Of a stretch of DNA of 64,000 bases, positions 46,925-56,153 are shown in pieces. How positions within the stretch are numbered: the first letter of the stretch is position 1; the number at the start of each line of letters is the position of its first letter. Where the stretch lies: positions 32,001-96,000 of IMG/VR virus record IMGVR_UViG_3300014205_005221. One strand, 5' to 3'. Under the pieces are notes generated by a model. The model did not search any database. It saw only the letters and a list, made by a program, of their open reading frames with translations, and was not told the origin of the DNA. The stretch is from a virus (taxonomy: Duplodnaviria; Caudoviricetes). Made by a program: the position numbers and the translations under genes.

Positions 46925-47375
46925 CAGCAGGCTCCACATCCAGCCACTCACCAGCAGGCTCCACATCCAGCCGCTCCGGAAGCTTGTTGTGCCTCAGACC
47001 GGTCGCCAGCACCACCGCCCCCGCAAACGGAACATGGACTACCAGCGTGCGATTGCCGTACTCATCGCCGCCACGCCAAATCCACTTGTCTCGATTAACG
47101 TGATCACGAAGGTAATACCACACCCGGCGGGCAGACGGATACGTCATGCGCGCCATCAGATCGGGGCGCTTCACCGTCAGCTGGAAAACGATCTCTTCCG
47201 CAGCAGCCGCAGACCGCCGCGTCTCATCGGAGCCGTCCAAGTCGAGAATATCCTCGATCAGGCCCTGCGCCTCCAGCTGCGCAAGAGCGTAATCGTCCGA
47301 CTCAGCGTCTACACGCTTCTCGTGACGATCATAAATCCAACGGGTAATACGCAGCATTACTGCCCTCTCATACAA
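46917..47375 (-). CDS. Hypothetical protein
   Basis: GGDEYGNRT; C-terminal 27-bp duplication (46925-46972). Confidence 0.7.
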   Translation of the reverse strand: MYERAVMLRITRWIYDRHEKRVDAESDDYALAQLEAQGLIEDILDLDGSDETRRSAAAAEEIVFQLTVKRPDLMARMTYPSARRVWYYLRDHVNRDKWIWRGGDEYGNRTLVVHVPFAGAVVLATGLRHNKLPERLDVEPAGEWLDVEPADE

Positions 47376-47391
47376 ATTGCTTACCGCTGTT

Positions 47392-47775
47392 CTACCCCGA
47401 CATGCGTGAAAGCAATTCCGCTGCTACCGCAGCCGTGCGCTTAGCCGGTGTCGACGGCTTTAATCCGAGCGCGATGTTGATGGTCACCAGCGCCTCACCA
47501 AGACCCTCATTCGCCTCGATAAGCTGGCAAATGACGTCATTCTCGTTCGGAGACTGGCCCATCGAGGCAAACAGATTCGGAGCGCCAGTAGCCAGGATCG
47601 TGCACTCCCGGCACCAATGAGACTGGTCTTCCGGAGTGCCGACAAACGCCTCTGACCAGCCGCCGTACTCCACCGCCTGCCGCCACGTCTCCGCAGACGT
47701 AGCACCGGTGCCGCCCGCCCACACATCACGGCAGTGGTCACACACGAACTCGTAGAGATGCCTGCGCACCAACAT
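47392..47775 (-). CDS. Zinc-ribbon hypothetical protein
   Basis: CDHC...GW...HWCREC; TGATG-coupled. Confidence 0.7.
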   Translation of the reverse strand: MLVRRHLYEFVCDHCRDVWAGGTGATSAETWRQAVEYGGWSEAFVGTPEDQSHWCRECTILATGAPNLFASMGQSPNENDVICQLIEANEGLGEALVTINIALGLKPSTPAKRTAAVAAELLSRMSG

Positions 47776-48050
47776 CAGCGCCTCCGCTTCACACGCGCCC
47801 GAGAGCGGCGATGGTATGCCCGGCCATCGATGACCAGCGGGTTGGGTCCGCCCAGCTCGCAACAGCACCCCGCCGGGCCGTAGCCGCCCTCTTTCTCCCC
47901 GCACAGACACGTCCACTCGACGCAGCACAGGTTGATGCACAGCCCCGAAGTGTAAGACGGAGTGTCATCGTCGGGCTCCACACGACGTCCACAACACCAC
48001 TTGTTGTAACCTTCAGGCTCACCGAGACCCAGGTCATCAAGCCAAGACAT
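47775..48050 (-). CDS. Cys-rich hypothetical protein
   Basis: 91 aa; SD GGGGAG. Confidence 0.65.
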   Translation of the reverse strand: MSWLDDLGLGEPEGYNKWCCGRRVEPDDDTPSYTSGLCINLCCVEWTCLCGEKEGGYGPAGCCCELGGPNPLVIDGRAYHRRSRARVKRRR

Positions 48051-48059
48051 CAGACTCCC

Positions 48060-48326
48060 CTACAGACCCGGAACATCATCGGTACCGCCGCCGGAACGGA
48101 AGCGCGACAGCACCTCGGTCACCACTTCATCTCCGCTGTCTGTCAACTGCTGATCATGATAGAAACCCGAGGTGGTCTCCACCATGGGGCGATTCGAAGG
48201 CTCGGAATCGGCAATCACCGACGACACCGAATTGGACGGGACCGACAACGCGGAGAGCACAGCCTCTCGAACGTCATCAAAAGAATGCTGCTCGTCGAGA
48301 GCGATTTCGGTCAGATGGCGACCCAC
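48060..48326 (-). CDS. Hypothetical protein
   Basis: TAGTG-coupled start. Confidence 0.55.
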   Translation of the reverse strand: MGRHLTEIALDEQHSFDDVREAVLSALSVPSNSVSSVIADSEPSNRPMVETTSGFYHDQQLTDSGDEVVTEVLSRFRSGGGTDDVPGL

Positions 48327-48544
48327 TAGAGTCCACCGATCTTGCCACGCTTGGCTCGAGCCAGCTTGCGCATCGCATACACCATGCGCTCCGCTTCCTC
48401 GCGCAGCATGTAGCGATACAAGATCTCCAGACTGAGAACGCCACCGTTCGCCGCAGCGATCTCGCCCATGCGGTAACGGCCAATCGCCCACTCGGTGACC
48501 TCGTCCATCTCTTCTTCCGTGAGGTCCAGCGCGAAATCTTCCAT
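48326..48544 (-). CDS. Hypothetical protein
   Basis: MEDFALDL... Confidence 0.65.
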   Translation of the reverse strand: MEDFALDLTEEEMDEVTEWAIGRYRMGEIAAANGGVLSLEILYRYMLREEAERMVYAMRKLARAKRGKIGGL

Positions 48545-48546
48545 GC

Positions 48547-49107
48547 TCAAATCTCGCCACCGATCAGCAAATGCGCCATCGTGGCGAGCGCCCATCGACC
48601 GTGATCCGGATCGTCACGCAGCGGGGTCAGATGATCGCGCAACATCTTCAACGCCTCAATCGCAGACGTCTCACCTGTATCCTGCAGATACCGCAATGCG
48701 CCATCAACGCGATCAATAAGAACTTCCGCCTGCTGCTCAGCAGGAAGCGAACGCTGCGCAACCTCATGACCGCGCGACCCGGGGCTGTAAGACCGCGTCA
48801 CACCCTCGGGAAGATTGCCGGGAATCTTTCCGTGAGTTCGATACGGGTCCGTAGACGGAATAACCATAAACGAGTCGCTCGATCCGCGCGCCAGGTCGCG
48901 CACGTCCGCGACATCAATCGGCACGTCGAACACCGCATCCGTACGCTCGGCACGAAACGCCAGGCTGGGAGAGATCGCAGAACGGACGGCACGCTCCGCC
49001 AGATGCGCTGCGTCGCCGTAGTCCACCGCTGGGACGTTGGAAAACACCACCGTAGCGATGCGCCACACCGGCTCGTCAGCGTTGTCGTAAACAGGCTTCT
49101 CGGTCAT
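48547..49107 (-). CDS. Hypothetical protein
   Basis: 186 aa ORF. Confidence 0.7.
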   Translation of the reverse strand: MTEKPVYDNADEPVWRIATVVFSNVPAVDYGDAAHLAERAVRSAISPSLAFRAERTDAVFDVPIDVADVRDLARGSSDSFMVIPSTDPYRTHGKIPGNLPEGVTRSYSPGSRGHEVAQRSLPAEQQAEVLIDRVDGALRYLQDTGETSAIEALKMLRDHLTPLRDDPDHGRWALATMAHLLIGGEI

Positions 49108-49114
49108 AAGCTAG

Positions 49115-49411
49115 TCATACCGACTCAGCGAGATCATCCAGCTCGCCCGCAAGCGCGGCTCCGCTATAGCCCTGCGCCTCCACCAGCTCACGCAGCGCCG
49201 CTCGCTTCTCCGGGATGGGCCCATCACCATCGACCCAAAGGCGCACCACCGCCCGGCATCGCATGAGCAACCACGAGCGCGCGTGCGCCTCGTCGTAGAG
49301 CGCCTGCTCCAGCGCCACGATTTCACGCTTGAGACGAAGCACCTCGGCCTGCAGGTTCTCCGCCGTGCCTCGCCAGTCCACCAGAGCCAGGTCTACGCCT
49401 TCGGAATCCAC
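49115..49411 (-). CDS. Hypothetical protein
   Basis: GTG after GGAGG; coiled coil. Confidence 0.65.
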   Translation of the reverse strand: MDSEGVDLALVDWRGTAENLQAEVLRLKREIVALEQALYDEAHARSWLLMRCRAVVRLWVDGDGPIPEKRAALRELVEAQGYSGAALAGELDDLAESV

Positions 49412-49631
49412 GCTTCCTCCACGCACCGCAGGTCAGCGCCGTAGCGCTCATACCAGATGTCATACCCGGTCGGGTCATCATCTTCAGCCCGGGGCAACTT
49501 CTTCGGTGCGCAGACCGGCGGGAAACACGTTCAGCTTGCGCACGTAGACGTCCATGGTCTCGTGCACAGCGATCAGCGGAGACTCCTCTTCGGACATGAA
49601 GCAGTCTCTACGAAACCGCGATCAAACAAAC

Positions 49632-50066
49632 TCACCGCTCCCACCACCCCACCGGTTCCGCTCCGACCAATACTTCAGAATCGCGAGGACTCCACTTTTC
49701 GTAAAACCTGTACCACTCGATCTGCGGCTGAGTATTTCCAATGTGCGTACGCTTTCCATCTGTATAATCAGTGTGTACACCGACATACTTTTGAAAATCC
49801 GCGTGACGCTCCGCCTCTACAGCAGTCTGTTCCGGAGACAGTCGATACAGCTGATACCGGCGATAAAAACCGCACTGATCTGCTTCATCAGTCTTTTCAT
49901 CGTAGCAATCGCACTGCTCGATCATTTGCGCCCAAAGAACTGTCCCGTCTTCAAGGCGCACCATGCCCGAAATGGGACCGTCGTAATACGACGAGTGATA
50001 AACCCACTGGATGTTATCCAGCTGCGGACCCAACGCAGGGTTATCCGGAATGTGCTCGGACTTCAC
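49632..50066 (-). CDS. Hypothetical phage protein
   Basis: YYDGPISG motif; GTGA-coupled. Confidence 0.75.
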   Translation of the reverse strand: MKSEHIPDNPALGPQLDNIQWVYHSSYYDGPISGMVRLEDGTVLWAQMIEQCDCYDEKTDEADQCGFYRRYQLYRLSPEQTAVEAERHADFQKYVGVHTDYTDGKRTHIGNTQPQIEWYRFYEKWSPRDSEVLVGAEPVGWWER

Positions 50067-50770
50067 TTCTCCGACTCCTTGCGGGCCAGATCCCGGGCGC
50101 AGTCCTTGCAGATCGACGGACCTCCACAGCGAGCCCGCGCCCCATCCGGACGGGGATACACGTGGCCGTGACCGGTGTTGGACCCCTCAGAACCCGGCAG
50201 ATCGATGGGCTTCACCGCAGGCTCCTTGTCCTCAGGCGTAGGCATCACCACGGTCGCGCCCACCGGCACCATGAAAATGCGATACGACGGCTCGGGCACG
50301 ACATTTCGATGCCCGCGACACAGGTACAGCTCCGCCGTCACGTTGGGGTCGTCCTCGGCGCGAGCAGACATCAGAGCCCGGACAGGCAGCCCGACCGACC
50401 ACGGCTCCTTGCAGTTGTGGATCATGCACATCCGCGCGCCTCGATGAAGGGCGTACAGGTCCAGGACCGTGACCTTCTTCCAGTTCCGGGCGTAATCCAT
50501 GTCCAGGACAGGCTCGGATTCCCGGATGAACATCACGCCCTGACCGGTCGCACGGTTGAGCTGCCACACCCGCTGCAGTACATCATCGGCGGTGATGCGC
50601 GGAATGTCCTCATCTTCGTCGAGGCAGAACTGCACCACCTCCTCAATGAACTTTCGCGTGTCATCGTGCCACCCGTAGGACCAGAACACCGGCATCGGAG
50701 AGCCCAGCTCCCCGTCAAAATCCATCTCGTAGTCCTGAGTGATTTCCAGAACAGGCTCAGACTCGGTCAC
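50063..50770 (-). CDS. Hypothetical protein with C-terminal GHGHV.PRPDG..ARCGGP..C..C motif
   Basis: GTGA-coupled start 50770. Confidence 0.7.
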   Translation of the reverse strand: MTESEPVLEITQDYEMDFDGELGSPMPVFWSYGWHDDTRKFIEEVVQFCLDEDEDIPRITADDVLQRVWQLNRATGQGVMFIRESEPVLDMDYARNWKKVTVLDLYALHRGARMCMIHNCKEPWSVGLPVRALMSARAEDDPNVTAELYLCRGHRNVVPEPSYRIFMVPVGATVVMPTPEDKEPAVKPIDLPGSEGSNTGHGHVYPRPDGARARCGGPSICKDCARDLARKESEK

Positions 50771-51015
50771 GACACACCCGGAATCACGCGCAGCAGCCGC
50801 ACCGACGTGCACGGCCAGCGAGAACCGCATTCACGACACTGACGATCGCGGTGGATGCACTCCTCCTGCTTCTCCACCTCGGTGCCGGGACAGGTGGGAC
50901 ACACCGCTCCCTTCACCACGTGCAGACGGCGCATCTCCTCGACCACCCGATACATCAGCGCGGACAGATCGTTGGTCACCCGCACCGGCTCAGGCACAGC
51001 AATCACACGTTCCAT
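50767..51015 (-). CDS. Zinc-binding hypothetical protein
   Basis: CPTC...CRECGSRWPC. Confidence 0.7.
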   Translation of the reverse strand: MERVIAVPEPVRVTNDLSALMYRVVEEMRRLHVVKGAVCPTCPGTEVEKQEECIHRDRQCRECGSRWPCTSVRLLRVIPGVS

Positions 51016-51050
51016 CAGGATGTCCTCTCGATGTTCGCCATGCAGCTGTC

Positions 51051-51515
51051 CTACCCTGACTTCTCGACTGTCTTGGCCTCCGCGCGCATACGCTTCGCGT
51101 GAAACATGGTGTCATCCGCAAGATCTTCAGGCATGTTCCTGGCCGCCGCCTCCAGCGCATCCGCAGACTCGCGCAGAGCCCTAGCCCGGCCAGCCGGAGA
51201 CGCCGCGAACGCTTTGCGCGCCGACCGACGCGAGAACCACATCAGCGACGAGTACGCCCCGCACAACAGCCCGATAGCGGCAAGCAGCGGCCAGAACGGA
51301 GCCCCCACAATCGCCGCCACCCACGTGATAGTTACGTCATCCTTGTAATCGCCGAACTCGTCGCGTTTGCGGCCAATCAGCTCATGCCTAGCCTGATTGC
51401 GCGCCGCCAGCACCACGCCGACAACCCACCACAACGCCCACACGTAAATCCAGACAGACAGCACGATGTCCCCGGCCAGCTTGCCGGAACCGTCAATCAG
51501 GAACCACGGAGTCAC
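51051..51515 (-). CDS. Membrane hypothetical protein
   Basis: Two TMs, FWP motif. Confidence 0.75.
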   Translation of the reverse strand: MTPWFLIDGSGKLAGDIVLSVWIYVWALWWVVGVVLAARNQARHELIGRKRDEFGDYKDDVTITWVAAIVGAPFWPLLAAIGLLCGAYSSLMWFSRRSARKAFAASPAGRARALRESADALEAAARNMPEDLADDTMFHAKRMRAEAKTVEKSG

Positions 51516-51799
51516 GGTGACACACCGGTATTGGACAAATCAGCTTCCAACGCCTGGCGCAACAACCTCACCGCCGACCGGTACGCCTCCGACTTGAACG
51601 CAGACTCCAGCGACGGAATACAGCTCAGCTGAGCCGCCAGATCCTCGATGTCAGAGACGATCTCCTCGATCAGCGACAGCCGCACTCGCATCCGCACGTT
51701 GTCGGCCGTAAGTTTCAGCGGATCCGTGCGCTCCCCGATATCCGCTGCGCGGGCGAACACCCGGGCAATGCGCTCCTCGACGTCGTCCACGTCAATCAC
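51512..51799 (-). CDS. Hypothetical protein
   Basis: GTGA-coupled. Confidence 0.7.
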   Translation of the reverse strand: MIDVDDVEERIARVFARAADIGERTDPLKLTADNVRMRVRLSLIEEIVSDIEDLAAQLSCIPSLESAFKSEAYRSAVRLLRQALEADLSNTGVSP

Positions 51800-51933
51800 T
51801 CCCAGAAGTCAAAAAGATCCAGCATGCGCCGACGACGCTTGCGCCCGTACCGAGTCCGCACCCACAGCGTGGCAAACCACAGCGCCGTGCCCACCACGAA
51901 AAACCCGGCCAACCACCACAGCGACTCTGTCAT
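51796..51933 (-). CDS. Small membrane protein
   Basis: MTESLWWLAGFFVVG...; ATGA-coupled. Confidence 0.65.
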   Translation of the reverse strand: MTESLWWLAGFFVVGTALWFATLWVRTRYGRKRRRRMLDLFDFWE

Positions 51934-52367
51934 CCGAACGCCGCCGCCATATGCCATCCCGGGGCCTCGGCGAGCAGCGGAAGCTCCAGACGCTCCATGA
52001 ACGCGTGCAACCGATGCCACCACTCATGCTCGGTGCCCACCGGGAAGAAATCCCGAGGGCTCAGCGGCTCAGGAGAGTACTCACCGGTGGTCAGAGACTC
52101 CGCGATGTACACAAAATGCTTGGTCTCACCGTTGAGATTTCCGTACCAGTCGATACCGCAACCGGCGCCCCGCACCAGATCGCGCAGCTGCTCGTAGGAA
52201 GGATTCTCGATCCCGGCAACCTGCGCCAACCGCTCGTCGTACTCCAGCAGATTGGTGTCACCAGAGAGCAACCACTCCGGGGAACGATCCTCCCAGTCCG
52301 GAGCCATCCCGTCGATGCCGCCGAGATCGGATCCCCAGAAGATGTGTGTCGATACAGAGCTACCCAT
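51930..52367 (-). CDS. Hypothetical protein
   Basis: 145 aa; GGGTAG 9 nt upstream. Confidence 0.8.
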   Translation of the reverse strand: MGSSVSTHIFWGSDLGGIDGMAPDWEDRSPEWLLSGDTNLLEYDERLAQVAGIENPSYEQLRDLVRGAGCGIDWYGNLNGETKHFVYIAESLTTGEYSPEPLSPRDFFPVGTEHEWWHRLHAFMERLELPLLAEAPGWHMAAAFG

Positions 52368-52376
52368 GTCGGTGTT

Positions 52377-52643
52377 CTACCCCTGACCGTTGCGACCCGG
52401 GATGGTTTCGCAGCCCCAACAACACCAGAACCGCAGCGTGCCATCCGCATCCGTAGTGAAATTGCCGTCCTCGATGTCTTCCCAGTCAAAACACCAGGGG
52501 CATAGGATCGCCTCACCGAGCCCGACCGCCTCCAGATACTTGATGTAGTCCGGAACGGACAACGGGGTGTCCGCCGCCTTACACGGCCAGGACACCCCGC
52601 ACACACAGAAATCCAAACGGCTATCCGTCGGAATATGAAGCAC
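52377..52643 (-). CDS. Cys-rich hypothetical protein
   Basis: CVCGVSWPC, CPWC, CCWGC. Confidence 0.65.
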   Translation of the reverse strand: MLHIPTDSRLDFCVCGVSWPCKAADTPLSVPDYIKYLEAVGLGEAILCPWCFDWEDIEDGNFTTDADGTLRFWCCWGCETIPGRNGQG

Positions 52644-52939
52644 TATTCATCCGTCCCCAGCAGATTAGTCACCCGGTTCTGCCGAGCCAACTCCAGCGCC
52701 AGCTTCTCAAACCGGTCATACTCGCGCTCCAAATCTTTGAGCAGCGTGTTATCTCCGTGCGCCATGATCTGCTCCCAGAGCTGCGCCCACCGCAGCGACC
52801 GCATCCAGCCCAACCCGGACGCCGCGAAATGCCGGTGGCGCATACACACCGCCACGCCCTCCACCACGGTAAGCGCCAACGCCTCCTCGCCCTGAGAACG
52901 GCCGGGAAGGTACAGGCAATACGCGCACATCAGATTCAT
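52643..52939 (-). CDS. Zinc-binding hypothetical protein
   Basis: CAYC...G.AVC..H; GGGTAG 9 nt upstream. Confidence 0.75.
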   Translation of the reverse strand: MNLMCAYCLYLPGRSQGEEALALTVVEGVAVCMRHRHFAASGLGWMRSLRWAQLWEQIMAHGDNTLLKDLEREYDRFEKLALELARQNRVTNLLGTDE

Positions 52940-52948
52940 GTCAGCCTT

Positions 52949-53044
52949 CTACCCTGACAATCCGGATCGGAGCTGCCGCACTCGCGCGATCAGCAAATGC
53001 CACTCCAGACCCGGAGGCAGATACCGAGGCGAACCGTCCGCCAT
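52949..53044 (-). CDS. 31-aa hypothetical peptide
   Basis: TGATG-coupled MADGSPRY...GLSG*. Confidence 0.45.
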   Translation of the reverse strand: MADGSPRYLPPGLEWHLLIARVRQLRSGLSG

Positions 53045-53304
53045 CAGGACACACCCGGCCACAGACGCGCCGCCTCCGCGAGCACCGGATTCATCGCAGA
53101 CACCCCGATCGGGGAAGACGCCGCCACCGCCTCCCGAATCTCGTCATCGGTGCAACCCAGGTGATAGAGAGCGATGACGGCCGACACCATTGTGTCTTTC
53201 ACAGACGTGTTCACCCGCTCCGGAGCGCACGCCGCAAACGCCGTGATCACCAACTCGATTGCCTGCACCCGATCAGCAGGCAGCCCAATCTGCATTCCGT
53301 ACAT
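53044..53304 (-). CDS. Hypothetical protein
   Basis: TGATG-coupled MYGMQIG... Confidence 0.65.
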   Translation of the reverse strand: MYGMQIGLPADRVQAIELVITAFAACAPERVNTSVKDTMVSAVIALYHLGCTDDEIREAVAASSPIGVSAMNPVLAEAARLWPGVS

Positions 53305-54170
53305 CACTTCCCCAACCCGGCATGACGGCGCCACGCGTGATAGGCCACCGCACCCGACTGACTCTGCCAACGACCCACCGAGCCGCAACCACACACCCAC
53401 CGCCAGACGTCAGAACCCTCTTCCCCCGGCAGCTCGAAGCGATGCACACCGAACGCGCTCGACAACCGCACCGACTCCACACACCGCGAACAGTCGCACG
53501 GCCGCGCACCCTCACCGAAAAACTCCGGGGCCAACCCCGACACCTCACCCGGAACACCCTCGACGATCACCATCCCGGCCAACGGATCGACCTTGCGGCC
53601 CTCCCGAGCACGACGAGTCCGCGCATACTCCGAATCCGGCCACAGCAGCATGTCGATGACATCAGCCTCCTCCAGCAACTCCGCCCGGATCAACTCCAAC
53701 ACATCACGATCGAAGTCCACCGCCGACCGATCCAGATCCGGATCCAGCAGTTCCGCCCAGCCCCGACAGCGTGCCGCCAGCGCATCGACGCTCGACCGCA
53801 ACTCGCGCCCCAGCTTCATCAGCGCAGCAGGGTCAGAGCTATTCGAGCCCATCGACGTCGCCACCGCAGCCATGTCGTCAGCGGCTCGCAGAACATCCGC
53901 TTCCAGCCGCTCCCGGCGCTTGCCGTGCTTGCGCTCCAGCGGCTGCCACACCCGGCGCAGCTCATTGTCCGCCTCCACCGAGAGCTTGTCATCGGACGCG
54001 CAGCCGATCAGTACATCGGCAAGATGGCCCAGCGGAGTCCGCCACCCCAGCAGCCGCTCGGCGGTCTCGAACGCCCGGATCAGATCCTTGTTCATACTGC
54101 TGTCATACCGAGCGAGCACAGCATCCACGAACTCACGATGCTTGATTCTCAACCGATCGATCTCACGCAC
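53304..54170 (-). CDS. Hypothetical protein with C-terminal zinc finger
   Basis: Helical N-terminus; WVCGCG...W..H. Confidence 0.7.
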   Translation of the reverse strand: MREIDRLRIKHREFVDAVLARYDSSMNKDLIRAFETAERLLGWRTPLGHLADVLIGCASDDKLSVEADNELRRVWQPLERKHGKRRERLEADVLRAADDMAAVATSMGSNSSDPAALMKLGRELRSSVDALAARCRGWAELLDPDLDRSAVDFDRDVLELIRAELLEEADVIDMLLWPDSEYARTRRAREGRKVDPLAGMVIVEGVPGEVSGLAPEFFGEGARPCDCSRCVESVRLSSAFGVHRFELPGEEGSDVWRWVCGCGSVGRWQSQSGAVAYHAWRRHAGLGK

Positions 54171-54774
54171 GCGGCCACGAATCCACAAGACGACCATCGA
54201 CCCGGGCCTCATGCGCCGAAGCATGATCGAGCACCAGCGAACAGCGATACCCCTCTGCACCCAAAAACGGGATGGGGCTCAGCTCGCCGCACACCCGCGA
54301 AACCTCAGCCTCGAAAGCGCGCAGCGCACACAGATACCCGTCGCGGAAATTGTCGTGCGACTCAGGAGCACGCGGACTCCTACGCAACGCCGCCATCACC
54401 GCACTCAACGAAGACTTCAACCGATCGATCTCGGCGAGCAGCGTCTCCACGTCCACCCGGGAATGGGCGATGAACCGGCCCGTCTCCGCCGGTAACTCCC
54501 CGAACTCCGAAGCCTGCCGGTGATAGTCGCGCGCCTCACAACCCGGACCGGGCTCGGTCAGCACCACCGGAGTCCGCATCGCGTGCATCCACGGAGCGTG
54601 CGCGCAGCCATACCCGTCCCCGCAGTCGCAAAAGTCGTAGTCAGGAATCCACGGACCCGGGATCGCCGCAGCCACCCGCTCCCGGATCGCCACCAGCGAA
54701 TCCCCATGGTCGGGACAATCCACCGACTCCACGAGCTGACCATCCATACGGTGATCGCACACGCAACCAAACAT
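54163..54774 (-). CDS. Hypothetical phage protein (AAxPGPW...FIAHSR family)
   Basis: AAAIPGPW, RFIAHSRVDVETLLAEIDRL. Confidence 0.7.
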   Translation of the reverse strand: MFGCVCDHRMDGQLVESVDCPDHGDSLVAIRERVAAAIPGPWIPDYDFCDCGDGYGCAHAPWMHAMRTPVVLTEPGPGCEARDYHRQASEFGELPAETGRFIAHSRVDVETLLAEIDRLKSSLSAVMAALRRSPRAPESHDNFRDGYLCALRAFEAEVSRVCGELSPIPFLGAEGYRCSLVLDHASAHEARVDGRLVDSWPRA

Positions 54775-54776
54775 GT

Positions 54777-54890
54777 CTAATTATCCTCGCTGTCCGGAGC
54801 ACACTCACACGGCCACGTATCACAGTTATCGCACCACCAGCCGGAAAAACTTTCATAACACCCGGAGCAGCGAAAACTCGCATCACTCAC
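54777..54890 (-). CDS. 37-aa Cys-rich peptide
   Basis: SD AAGGAG; CSGC...CDNC..WPCEC. Confidence 0.5.
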   Translation of the reverse strand: MSDASFRCSGCYESFSGWWCDNCDTWPCECAPDSEDN

Positions 54891-55017
54891 TTGAAATGCT
54901 CCTTGGAGAACAGACCCTCCGCAGGCTCGACCATCACGTCCCGCCCTCCAAGCACACCGCATCCGGGCCCGGCCAACAGATTCGCCACTTGCGCAACGCC
55001 GCCATGACAAACCCGGA

Positions 55018-55413
55018 TCACAGCGGCCGATAGCGGCGAACCACCGCAGCCAACCACCGAGGAAACCGCTCATCGAGAATGTCTTCCTCCGTGACCACGA
55101 ACTCCGCATCACCGTCCCAGGACACCAACCTTTCCGGAGCAGGATCCGACACCAACCCGGACAGGCACACCCGTTCCACCACAGCCGGATCACCCGGCGC
55201 AGCACGGCCGTAGAGCACCGAAACCGACCGAGCCAGGATCGCACGACCCTCACCAGCCTGAGCCACCCACGCAGCCCCAGACACGGTTACAGACACCTCC
55301 GTGCGCTCACCGAGGAAACCGTGCGAGAACGGAGCAGACGGATTTGAAAGGCGATCATCGATCCGGATGACAAGACCATCGTATGACAGGTCTGCAGCAG
55401 ACTCTTCGCTCAC
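55018..55413 (-). CDS. Hypothetical protein
   Basis: GTG 9 nt after GGGTAT. Confidence 0.7.
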   Translation of the reverse strand: MSEESAADLSYDGLVIRIDDRLSNPSAPFSHGFLGERTEVSVTVSGAAWVAQAGEGRAILARSVSVLYGRAAPGDPAVVERVCLSGLVSDPAPERLVSWDGDAEFVVTEEDILDERFPRWLAAVVRRYRPL

Positions 55414-55439
55414 ACACCTGTCATACCCGGGGACGGCAA

Positions 55440-55472
55440 CAGGCCCGGCTCCCAAAGCGGAAACCGGGCCTG
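55440..55472 (-). terminator. Terminator hairpin
   Basis: CAGGCCCGG/CCGGGCCTG. Confidence 0.6.
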
Positions 55473-55521
55473 CAGGCCGCGAGCGGATCAGAGACACCCA
55501 GCGACAGGGGGTAGGACACGC

Positions 55522-55851
55522 CTAACCCGGAGGGGCGAACTCACCACCGATCCGAGAAGACACATCCCGCAACGCCGCCAGCAAATCCGGACGAGCAAGC
55601 AACACATTGACGAACCCGGCGGACTCGCGCAAATGCAGATTCAACGAACACTCCGGATCACAGCCATCCCGGGTAATCGATGCCAACTCCCGGAGCAGAT
55701 CCAGATACGACAAACGCCGATACGAGAAGTTGATGGGCTCCGACAACAACTTGTCCATGGTGATCTCGCCCTCCATCAACGCGTTCGCGCTGATCTCCGA
55801 ACGAACCACAGAATCAGCCCGGATCACACTATCCGGCTCAGGCGCTGTCAT
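55522..55851 (-). CDS. Hypothetical protein
   Basis: SD GGAGGGAG; MTAPEPDS... Confidence 0.7.
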   Translation of the reverse strand: MTAPEPDSVIRADSVVRSEISANALMEGEITMDKLLSEPINFSYRRLSYLDLLRELASITRDGCDPECSLNLHLRESAGFVNVLLARPDLLAALRDVSSRIGGEFAPPG

Positions 55852-56044
55852 CGGTGTCTCCCTCCACGTAGTAGGTGCCGTCCTCACAGCGTGTCACCCG
55901 GGAAGCCCGGCCCGCCAGGAACACCTCGCGCATCCGCTCCGGGGTCCAGATCTCCTCGCCCGGAGCCAGCGTCACCCACACCTCACCCGCCGGAGGAACC
56001 ACACCTCCAGGATGGAAAGACTGATCCGACCCACCATCACTCAC
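55838..56044 (-). CDS. Hypothetical protein
   Basis: FHPGGVVP...L.PGE.I. Confidence 0.6.
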   Translation of the reverse strand: MSDGGSDQSFHPGGVVPPAGEVWVTLAPGEEIWTPERMREVFLAGRASRVTRCEDGTYYVEGDTDDSA

Positions 56045-56153
56045 AGCAACCCCCTCACGCCAACCTTTTCACCGATCACCGGGCAAGTACAGATCTACTA
56101 ACTACTGTGTAGCAGACTTATGTTGGATCCCGGAGCTAGATGGCGGAGCCGTT

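Noticed and set aside
5981-46972. Short tandem duplications at 5981-6010 (15 bp) and 46925-46972 (27-bp period) as regulatory repeats
   Set aside because: In-frame two-copy duplications near protein C-termini; most simply slippage events.
3309-52954. Amber readthrough or recoding, since GGG TAG + 9 nt puts the next start in frame
   Set aside because: At many sites the upstream gene stops elsewhere (6715, 20161, 43797), GGGTAT/GGGTAC variants keep the same spacing, and no suppressor tRNA is seen.
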